Origin: Saprolegnia diclina VS20
Lineage: Eukaryota
Length of the DNA: 20,000 nt
Direction of reading: 5' to 3'
NCBI RefSeq assembly: GCF_000281045.1
Contig: NW_008246144.1
Location: forward strand, 134,449-154,448
Shown: one piece after another, positions 10,796 through 19,934 of the stretch
Numbering within the stretch: position 1 is the stretch's first letter
Layout of the letters: every line of letters starts with the position of its first letter
Position numbers and translations under genes: made by a program
Notes under the pieces: model-generated
The model's database searches: none
What the model was told of the DNA's origin: nothing
The model's input: only the letters and a program-made list of their open reading frames with translations

Positions 10796-10989
10796 GAACT
10801 GCGGCTATGAACAAGTGTGTAGCATTTGTCCGGATAGCAAGGCGGCTTAGGGGGCGTGCCCTTAGTCAGTATCGAGTCTTGTGCGGTATCCTTTATCTAT
10901 CGATAGATATGCATATGCAATGGACAGAGGTATGTATTTCGAGAGACTTTTTCCGGACCCCATATTTGGATATTCGACCCGCAACGACG

Positions 10990-12542
10990 ATGGGCGCCGA
11001 CGACAAGACGACCAAGACCGCTGCGCAGGTCTCGGAGGACCTCGAGCAGGACATCAGTGTGCTGCCCAAGATGGAGATCGCCCATCTGCACTACCTGCTG
11101 CAAGCGTCGGCCTCGGCGCATGCGGCGGTCTCGGCGGACGAGGTCTCGGCGGCCAAGGCCAAGCTTCTCGAGCACATCCAAGCGGACAGTACGCTTGTCA
11201 TGGCCTGCGCGCAGTGACTCATCATATCTGTAGACATGGCCCCATATTATGAGCAGCTCTGCGCCGAGTTCAAGTGGCCCGTCGATGCGGCGCTTCTCGC
11301 GACGATGAAGTACGTTGCTCGACCTTTACAAGGATATGTCTCAACATGCGCCGCTTCTAGGAAGGCCAACGAGGACGAGCTCAAGGCGCTCGACGTGCAA
11401 CTGGAAGACGCAATCGCCAATCTCGGTGACATTGAGGTCCTCGAGACGCACCTCGCGCGCGCGCGCGTCTTCTCCAAGATCGGCGACAAGGCTAACGTGC
11501 TGGACGCCTTCAAGACGGCGCTCACCAAGCCGACGTCCATCAACCAAAAGATCATCATCGAGCTCCACATCATTCGCATCGGCCTCTTCTTCTCGGACCT
11601 CGAGCTCGTCGAAGCGCACATCAAAAAGGCGACCGCGCTCATCGACGAAGGCGGCGACTGGGACCGCCGCAACCGGCTCAAGGTCTACGAAGGCTGCTAC
11701 CTCCTCATGGCCCGCGACTTTAAGAAGGCGTCCAAGCTCTTCCAGGTACGCTATGCCGATCGCTATTGTCGCTTCTAGCATGCATGTAGGAATCGGTCGC
11801 TACGTTTACGAGCACGGAGCTCATGTCGTACCCGTCCATGATCTTCTACGCCGTCGTCACGTGCGTCTTGAGCATGGACCGCGTCGACCTCAAGAAGAAG
11901 GTCGCGTCCATCGAGCATCATCTTCAGCGTTGCCTCATACAAACGCGTAGATTGTCGACTCGTCCGAGGTGTTGGCCGTGATCCGCGACATCCCGCACCT
12001 CTCGGACTTTCTCGAGGGCCTCTACAACTGCAACTACAAGCAGTTCTTTACGGCCATGGGTACGACTCGTCCAGCGCCATTTGAAGCAACTTCTTGTGCG
12101 TAGTGCAACTCCACCCGTATGTGCACCGCGACAAGTACCTCGCGGCGCACTCGCGCTTCATCTACCGCGAGCTGCGCATCCTCGCGTACACGCAGTTCCT
12201 CCAGGCGTACCGAAGGTAGCACTCTTGTCTCAATCTCAATCTCAATCTCAAATGTTCGTAGCGTCACGATGCAGTCGATGGCCCACTCGTTTGGCGTCGG
12301 CATTCCGTTCTTGGACGCCGAGCTCTCGCGCTTCATTGCCGCTGGCCGTTTGAACGCCAAGATCGACAAGGTAGCGACGCAGCAGGGAGTTGCCCTCGAG
12401 ATTCATAATCGCGGGTTAGGTCTCGGGCGTCATCGAGACCAACCGCCCGGACGCCAAGAACGCGCAGTACCAGGAGACGATCAAGAAGGGCGATGCGCTC
12501 CTCAACCGCATCCAGAAGCTCGCACGTGTCATCAACGTCTAA
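10990..12542 (+). CDS. RPN7: 26S proteasome regulatory lid subunit RPN7 (PSMD6), 8 exons, 407 aa
   Basis: Exons 10990-11188, 11234-11309, 11361-11745, 11790-11900, 11951-12059, 12104-12215, 12262-12370, 12420-12542. Diagnostic motifs: [78 protein letters not shown]. Confidence 0.97.
12228..12251 (+). repeat. (TCTCAA)4 hexanucleotide microsatellite inside RPN7 intron 6
   Basis: Four exact tandem TCTCAA units fill about half of the 46-nt intron 12216-12261. Confidence 0.9.
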
Positions 12543-12787
12543 GTCGGAACGAGCTATATCGTGCTAGTAACGCGACGAGCATATATTCGATGCACAAGCT
12601 ATCCGTGTCTTGCCGACCGCGTCCTGGACGACTGCAGACGCATTGAGCGACCGATTCGCAGGCCATCGACACGAGAAGAGAGACCGAGGCGACGGCAACT
12701 AGATGCAGTAGCACACATTACAAGCTCTTCAAGGAGACGGAGGAGTGATCACTTCCATCGATGCGACGTCGTCATCGAGATGCGAGT

Positions 12788-13116
12788 GCGCACGGCGCCT
12801 TCAAGAGCACCAACGTCTGCCTGCCGGCCATGTCGCCAAGCTCGCACAGCTGCACGTAACCCGGTCGAGAACACGCTGCGCTGGGCGGCTCCCGAGGTCG
12901 TCTTGGGCCACGAGGCGTCGTCGATGTCCTTTGCTTCGTCCTCGTCGAGCTAAAGACACGCCATTGAGTTGATGTACGCTTGGGCGACGCACGATGGAGA
13001 AACGTGGCTAAACACGCTCGGGCAGGTCCGAGACACGCGGCAACCACAGCCGAGTTCTTGTCGACTTGGCGGCGCCATGCGTCACAAGCTTGGGTCGCCG
13101 GAATGGGCCGTCGTGT
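12788..13116 (+). pseudogene. Frameshifted remnant of a TKL-type protein kinase C-lobe
   Basis: Kinase motifs appear in the correct order but in different frames: AHGAFKSTNVCL (VIb-like), GHVAKLAQL (VII-like), NTLRWAAPEVVLG (VIII), VDVLCFVLVELKT (IX-like), LVDLAAPCV..RNGPS (XI-like). Confidence 0.65.
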
Positions 13117-13489
13117 AACACGTTTATAAGGCGTCGAGGTGGACTAGAATGCTGCCCAAGATGGAGATACCTTGTGCAGTGGACGCTCTCCATCTTCGCT
13201 AATGTCCATCAGACGCGGTCGTCTTGTCGTCGGCAGCGTCCATCTTTGTCGGGGCTGAATAAGATTCGAACCATAAGATAGTCTGCAAAAGGCCACTGTC
13301 ATTTGCCTATCAATCCATACCTTTGAGATGCGAGAGTGGTCCCCAGGTAAAGGCTCTGCGCCTAGTCGCTCCTGTGCTTTTACTTGAGGCTTCTACGCTT
13401 CTTGACGCCCTGTCGCTCCGCGGCCACTGATGGCTGCTTTCCCATTTCTCAATTCGCCTTCGCCATCAACACGCAGTAGCTCCAAGACG

Positions 13490-13900
13490 CCCCGGCGGGC
13501 ACCTCCGCCGCTTCCGGCCCACCACGATGTGCTCCACGCACCAAGCCGTCAACGACGCGCCAGCGCAAAGACGCCGTCCGCGCCGACGGGCGTGGCAGCC
13601 GCCGCCTGTTTCCAGGCACCGGGCTCAAGGCCTTACGGCAAGCTGGCCTGCAAAACGTGCCGGCAATGAGCGCCGAGTCGTGCATCATGCACCTGTTCCA
13701 GGCAGTCACCAAGGACCCCGCGCCGATCGCGGCCCGCAAGGCCAAGGCCGGCGCCTCGACGTCGGCAAGGCCGTTGTGCTATGCGGCCGAGAGGTCGTTA
13801 ACGACGGCACTTGCCCGCAGGACTGCACCATCCTCGGGGCGGACCATTTTGCGGCTCTTCTTGAGCCCTACTTAGGCGACCCGCTCACTCTCGCGCGCGC
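13490..13900 (+). pseudogene. Degenerate gene fragment homologous to the hairpin arm; possibly PARP/ADP-ribosyltransferase-like
   Basis: 13570-13630 reads DAVRADGRGSRRLFPGTGLK and aligns ungapped with hairpin 10420-10480 (DVVHAGGSGERRLFTATLLK; 42/61 nt, 12/20 aa). RRLFPGT resembles the ART motif (N)ERxLFHGT. Codons look coding but frames switch. Boundaries are approximate. Confidence 0.45.
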
Positions 13901-14217
13901 AAGTTCCAGGACGCCGGGCTGTGCAAACTCACGCCAAGACATCTCTTGGCTTACATCGTTGTAGCTTGCTAGTATTTAGACTAGTTGATTAGCTATAATG
14001 ATGCTCAACACGTTACAATCATCAATCTTGATTTTCTTCTACTTTGGTATTTGGTACGAACATGCACATACTAGCGGGGTGGACGCAGTCAAGAGAACCA
14101 CGAGCATGTCGACACCAGCGCACAGGACCGAGTTCATGGGCATCAAGCAACCTCATAGGGACTGCTGGCAATGCAATTGATCAGGATGAACCACAGAGGG
14201 GACCTACAAATATTGCG

Positions 14218-14710
14218 AATTTGAGGGCCCTCCACCCTAGTCAGGCAATACTCACTTACAAATATGTAGTCGAATGAAAGTCACGAAAGCGAGGGGACCC
14301 CGACGGGGGACCCAATCTTCCAGGAGAGACCTGACGATGGGCACCCTGACGGTCGTGCTCAAGACGCACGTACGTTGAAGCTGCTGCACGCGTTGTATCC
14401 GAGGACCGGCAGCTCCATCCAGCTCAAAGAAATCCACTTAACCGATCGCACGCCGCAGAAGCCATTCGATTTCACGAGCGACAAGGACAACAAAGAGCCC
14501 AAGAGGCAGAAGAAGCGTCCAAACCCAGTCGGTGAGGCTGCCTGCAAGCTGTCTAGTTGTATGTCTTCTCCATCATACATGTCATCTTCATTTTGCAGCG
14601 ACGACTACGAGGTCAACTACTACTACGATACTAGACACACGTCACTGGTTTGGTGGGATGTGATCGCACCAAGCTCTTCCCGCCATTGAATCGACGCGCG
14701 GCGCTGCATG
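14218..14710 (+). mobile_element. Decayed Ty3/Gypsy (chromovirus-like) integrase C-terminus: GPY/F-like module plus chromodomain-like segment
   Basis: In order: RALHPSQAILTYKYVVE*KSRKRGDPDGGP (cf. RxFxPGxxVxxY...KSRKLxxxWxGP), LHALYP..SSIQLKEIH (cf. HPxFHVSxLKxY), and DDYEVNYYYDTRHTSLVWW...H*ID (cf. chromodomain YEVExIxDxR..YLVKW...TW). Stops and frameshifts are present; no LTR was seen. Confidence 0.42.
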
Positions 14711-14861
14711 TGGCAGGGATCCCACGCTCGGTCCATGCCGTCATTGGCGATATATCCATTGCGCTCCATTTGATTGCAGTCTTCATGAGGTCGAAGAAAT
14801 GGTAGGTCCACTCGACGCAAGCGCCGTCAACACCATAGGTACTAGTACACTCGATTCCGTC

Positions 14862-15776
14862 TTATGTCGTCGAGCGGCCAAGCGTCGAGGGTGCGCCTTC
14901 ATCCAGCTTGCGCTGGAGGTCGTTCGAGGGCTTTGCCGACAAAAGTATGTTCCACTGGGACATCTTATCGCGGCGGTCCTCCTTGGCGATCGCCCGCGAC
15001 TGCGCCTCGACCTGGAAGTACTCAGCTTGCTTCTTCATGCGCTCGATGGACGCGGTCATGTCGGCCATGCGACTCTTCATCGCCACTACCTTTTGAAAGT
15101 AAATGGGCACCTGCGACATGGTCTGCTCCACGCCGGCGATCTTGGCGTTGCGCGTGATCTTGGCGTTGCGCTCCGAGACAACGTTGAGCAAGTGCTAGTG
15201 CATTTCCATCGTCGTCATGAGCCACGTCGTAGGACGCCGGCAGTCTACCTCTTGGCTCTCGACGAGCTCGCGGATCTGCTCGAGCGTTCCGTCCAAGACG
15301 CTCTGCAGCTTGCTCGCCGCTGCCAAGCTCATCTAGCAGCATGCATGAGATATGTGTTGGTTCATAGGTAGCGATACCTTGTCCATGCCGTCGACCTCGG
15401 TAAAAGGGCTGCTCAAAGCTTGTCGCCAGACATCGTTCTCGTCCGGCACGGGTTGCAGCGGCGAGGCCAGCGGTGTGGCTTGGGCCGAGGCCGGAATATC
15501 GATCGGGGATGGTGCTGGCTGCGTCAACGTGCTCGAAGGCTCGGTGGGCACGTTCTCGTCGGCGGCGAGCGTCGGGGCGACCACGGTCGCGGGCGAGGCA
15601 GGAGGCACAGGCGCCTTCTCCAGAACGGGTGCTTTCGGCGCGATCGTCGGTACCCACATGGGCTCATCTAGCATGCTTCATGGAGCATCATGTGCACGGA
15701 GCGCGCGTCTACCTTCTTCTTCTTCCTCGGACTCGCTGTCTTCCCCCGAGAAGATCTTGCCTGCCTTCGCTGCCAT
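14862..15776 (-). CDS. BLOC1S6: BLOC-1 complex subunit 6 (pallidin)-like protein, 4 exons, 256 aa, Pro-rich N-terminal extension
   Basis: Exons 15776-15713, 15667-15378, 15332-15249, 15194-14862 with GT..TAG introns of 45/45/54 nt. The coiled coil IRELVESQEHLLNVVSERNAKI...YFQKVVAMKSRM...MKKQAEYFQ...LLSAKP parallels pallidin (LQELTQNQVVLL...YHAKLVNIRKEM...LKKRALKLQ...LTARP, from memory). Confidence 0.78.
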
Positions 15777-15812
15777 CGTCGTCCGCTTTGCTGCTTTGCG
15801 CGATGTCCAGTG

Positions 15813-15958
15813 ATTGGCTACGTCAGGCGGCTTATTGCGCCCATTTTAGCCAATCCCGAGTGACACCATCGTGCATGTGGATTGGCTTAAATGCAGATGC
15901 GTACACAGCGTGGATTGGTTGAAAACCAAGCGAGGCGGCCAATGGCATTGGAGATTGG
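15813..15958. promoter_or_regulatory. Cluster of seven CCAAT/ATTGG boxes upstream of BLOC1S6
   Basis: ATTGG at 15813, 15881, 15914, 15947, 15954 and CCAAT at 15850, 15939; several have NF-Y-like flanks (AGCCAATC). Confidence 0.7.
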
Positions 15959-17118
15959 AGATTCAAAGTGGCGCGACAACCTCGTTGAAGTCGACGGCTT
16001 CTCGGAGCGAGGCCAGATTCCTTGGCATACGAGATTGCACAGAGCCGCCTTCTAAGAAGTACGCGAAGAGGAAAGTACGTGCGATACGTGGCGGTGCCCA
16101 GACCAAGCAAAGAGCAAGCAGATTCTGCAGCCATCGCAGTGCTTCCTTCACCAGCGCAGTGCCCAGTTGCGCGACCAGACGGGCGCGAAATTTCAGCGCG
16201 TGGGACCAAAACGGCGCCAACTCAGCTGCGGCTTCGAACCTGCGGCTCGTGAACTTCATGGTGCGAAGATTCGGTCCCACTTCAACTTTGTCGATGACGC
16301 CAGCACCATGGCGACATCGCGGCTATGCAGCACCCAACCGACGACGTGTACATAGAAACCCAAAGATCCTTGTCAACTCTCAAGGACGTCCCAAGCGAGG
16401 ACGGTTCCGAGCTTTGCGACGGTTCACGACGACGCAACGAATTCCTTGCCGTTGTGCTGAGAACCAGGTTCTATTTCGAAAGCTTGGTCGACGTCGGACA
16501 TATACACTGCGGCGCGGTCGTGGCGTCGGGTGAAGGGTCCCTCTTGGGAACCGTGCGTTTGGATGGGGAAGGGTGCAGGTTGGCAGGTGCGCATCTTGTG
16601 GATATTGCACGTCACGCGATCGAATCTGCGTGCAAATCATCTCGGCCGTGCCGGGAGTTGAACCCGCGAAGATGATTTATTTTCCTCCCAGTAGCCGCGA
16701 CGAAACCCCTCCCTCGAGCACCACCCAAGAGACCTCACTACTAGAGAGCTCTCCTCTGCACGCCGATGAGCCGCTGATTGTGGGTGGTGGTCACAACCAC
16801 ATACAGTCTGAAGACCAGACCCGTTCGGCCTGACGCAAGATCCCACAACAGCTTCCCGCCGCCTGTCTGAAGTTGAAGTCGGCGTCACGGCGTCTGATTG
16901 GTGCAAAAACGTACCATTGCACCAATCACCGCGCGTGGTGTCGCAGGGTGTCCGGTTACAAACAAGTTATCCGGTTTTCCATGGTTTGCACCCGGATGTT
17001 GAAGGTCGTATCCGGAAGGTCATCACGCCCGGGTGCAGATTCAGCGTATACGTTGACGTCAGAGGCGTGAATCTGGCACCACAGAATGACCCAAGCAGCG
17101 ACCTGCGAACCATCTCCG

Positions 17119-17132
17119 TCACTTTTGCATTC
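17119..17132 (+). promoter_or_regulatory. Inr+FPR-like element
   Basis: TCACTTTTGCATTC lies directly before ATG 17134; spacing is one base longer than the consensus. Confidence 0.35.
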
Positions 17133-17133
17133 G

Positions 17134-18528
17134 ATGGCCCCGCCCGCCCCACAAGTCGCCATCACGGTGCAGTCGCCGCCGACCAAGGACGCCTCGCCGC
17201 CCACCAAGGAGGCCTCGCCGCTCCTCGAGCGCGCCGACTCGCTCACCGAGACCATCAACCGCCGCGTGCTCGTTTCGGCGGTTGCCAACTTTAGCACTGC
17301 CGTACGACTGCCATCTACTTGCTCGATGACCACGCTCATGATGCACCTATCGTAGTACAACCTCGCGATCATTGGCAGCGCGGTGCTCATGGTCAAGGAG
17401 ACCACGCCCGATAGCGACGTCTCGGCGATTCCCGCCGTCTCGGCGTGCTCACTCATCGGTGCGATCGTCGGCCAGCTCCTCTTTGGCTACATTGGTGATG
17501 CGCTTGGGCGCCGCAAGGGCATGATTCTGACGCTGACGCTGACCGTCATTGGCGCCATCATGAGCGCCATCTTACCGTACGATGGCTCCGTCTACACGAT
17601 CCTCGCGGCCTGTCGGTTCCTCCTCGGCATCGGCGTCGGTGGTGTCTACCCGCTCTCGGCCGCGTCGGCCGCCGAAGGCAGCTCGGACCCGGTCCTCAAC
17701 AACAAGCGCGTCGCCGCAGTCTTTTCGTTCCAAGGCTGGGGCCAGCTCGCGTCGTTCCTCTTGACGTACCTCTTGCTGCAGACAGCGCTCGACCATGCGA
17801 TCGTGTGGCGGGTGCTGCTCGGCGCGGGCGCGCTTCCGGGCCTCGTCGTGTTGCATGAAGCGATCGTGTCGAAGGAGACGGGCGCGTACCTGCGCAACCA
17901 AGCCAACCCGCACAAGATGAGCGTCTGGACTGCGCTCAAGACGTACGAGCGCCAGTTCATTGGCACAGCCCTCGGCTGGTTCCTCTTTGACATTACGTTT
18001 TACGGCAACATCATCTTTACGCCCGTGATCCTCGAGGGCTTGTACGCAGAAGAAGCCTCGACGATGGTGCAGACGATCCAGTTCTCGGTGCTCACGTCGG
18101 CGATCGCGCTGCCAGGGTACTACCTCAGCCTCTACATGATCGGCCGCATGGACTTCAAGCACATCCAGATGCAAGGCTTCGCCATCATGGCCGTCATCTT
18201 CCTCGTCATGGGCCTCTTCTACCACGCACTCCTCCCGCTCAAGTCGCTCCTCTTTGTCATGTATGCGCTCACGTTCTTCTTCTCCAACTTTGGCCCGAAC
18301 GTCAGCACGTTCTCGCTGCCCGCCGAGCTCTTCCCGACCGAAGTCCGCGTCCAGCTCAACGGGATGTCGGCCGCCGCTGGCAAGCTCGGCGCGGCCGTCG
18401 GCGCGTACCTCTACGGCCATATCCAAGTCGCCTACGGCGTGCCCTCAGTGCTCATTGTCTCGGGCTTTGTATCCGTCCTCGGCTTTGCCATCACGTACGT
18501 TTGCATTCCGTGCAAACAGTACCGATGA
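17134..18528 (+). CDS. Pho84/PHT1-like MFS inorganic phosphate transporter (2 exons, 446 aa)
   Basis: Exons 17134-17301 and 17356-18528 (54-nt GT..TAG intron). Motifs GQLLFGYIGDALGRR, RFLLGIGVGGVYPLSA, FSFQGWG, WFLFDITFYG, FFSNFGPN, PAELFPTEVR and SAAAGKLGA are typical of the phosphate:H+ symporter family. Confidence 0.9.
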
Positions 18529-18908
18529 GCCATTTGCAGCTAGTCTATACGTATATATATTCTGAATCAAGAAGAGCCTTGGTATCACTGCTGGCGGCTT
18601 GTGGCTATGGAGCGAGGAGCACTAGGCATCGATGGCAGAGGAGCACAGCGCGACTGTGGATGGCTGCGGGGATGGGACCGTGTCAGGACTATGGTGACGC
18701 CACCATGCAACAAGATGCTGGGTACACTGCGAGACACGCGCTAGTGTCGTAAGCGAGCGAGTAGCTAGGATATAGCACCCATGAGAGTAGTGGACGGTAG
18801 AGCCTCAGTAAAGCTGAAGCAACCTGGCGCCAACTACTGGCGCAGTTGACGGGCCTGCATCCGACCCGCTATGACGTGGCCGGTTGTGGTCGGTGCAGCC
18901 TAGATGCC

Positions 18909-18971
18909 ATTGGCTGGTTCTGTCCAATGATCGCATGAGAAAAGGTTAATTTCGAGATCTTTTCAGCCAAT
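18909..18971. promoter_or_regulatory. Three CCAAT boxes upstream of the homeobox gene
   Basis: ATTGG at 18909, CCAAT at 18924 and CCAAT at 18967 (CAGCCAATCAG), all within 90 nt of ATG 18995. Confidence 0.55.
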
Positions 18972-18994
18972 CAGCGCCACACGATTGTCTGGCG

Positions 18995-19832
18995 ATGGAA
19001 GTGAGCGAGCCGCAACGTCCGGCGGAGGATGGCCCGCGCAAGGCAATGGGGTCCCGGCTAACGGCGGCGCAGGTCGAGTACCTCGTGAGCCAGCGCGATG
19101 AGCATGGGATCACGTATCGCGCAGAGCACAAGGAGGCGCGCGAGGCCATCGCCAAGCACCTGAACCTCGAAGTGGCGCAGATGCATGTACGCGGAGGCTC
19201 GCCATCGGCTCGAAAGGTCATATGCTTGCTCTAGGTCTGGTTCAAGAACCATCGGCTGCGCGACCCAACGCTCAAGGTCGAAGCGCAGCCAGCGAGCGCC
19301 AAGATCAAGAAGCGCCGCCGCAGCACGGCTGACCCCGCCGCCGAGCACTCCGCCGAGCCAAAGCGAAGTACCGCAGATCGCCCGCCGTTGCGCCTTAGCG
19401 AGCCCACCCTTCGCCCGCCGTCAAGCTTTCTCGAGCCTTCGACCGAGTCGTCGCGTTCCATCCTCCACGACGATACCGCCGCATTCGACGAAGACGAGAA
19501 GGACGCTTTGGCCCTCGCCGCCCACAAGCGCATTCTCACGGACCTCGACACGCTCAGTCCGTGCTTTCTTCAGCGGTGTATTGTCTGACGCGCTTCGCGT
19601 AGATGCGCTCGGCTTTAGCTCGATGCTGGCGCTGCACAACGAAGCGACCGACGTCGGCAGCTACGACGTCCGTGGGCCGCTCGCCGTGCAGGCCACCGAG
19701 TACCTCTTGCAGCAAAAGAAGATCGACATGCAAAATTTCCTGAAAGACTTGACGGCCGCCAACAAGCTCTACCCCGAGCTGCGCGAGACGACCAACACGC
19801 ACCCGACAAGCAGCGCGAGCTCGCCGCAGTAG
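18995..19832 (+). CDS. Atypical homeodomain protein (3 exons, 247 aa)
   Basis: Exons 18995-19186, 19235-19556, 19603-19832. The spliced product reads RLTAAQVEYL...REAIAKHLNLEVAQMH|VWFKNHR (helix 3 WFxN), followed by a KIKKRRR NLS-like stretch. Confidence 0.82.
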
Positions 19833-19934
19833 CGCCATAGCGGACTAGATAGCTGCGTAAGAAGACTGAGTTCATTGCATTTCTTGTTTATCCCAGCCGC
19901 CTGCGCAGTCATCTACAGTCCATGACAACGCGCG

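Noticed and set aside
10011..11217. ORFs 10011..10814(-) and 10339..11217(+) as genuine genes
   Set aside because: They are mirror products of the palindrome; the plus ORF simply runs into RPN7 exon 1 and its intron.
15963..16675. ORFs 15963..16280(-), 15871..16533(+) and 16325..16675(+)
   Set aside because: Possibly a decayed gene, but no family motif or consistent splice model could be supported.
17173..17220. In-frame tandem repeat SPPTKDA-SPPTKEA-SP (similarly RNAKIT-RNAKI in BLOC1S6)
   Set aside because: Real but ordinary short slippage duplications within coding sequence.
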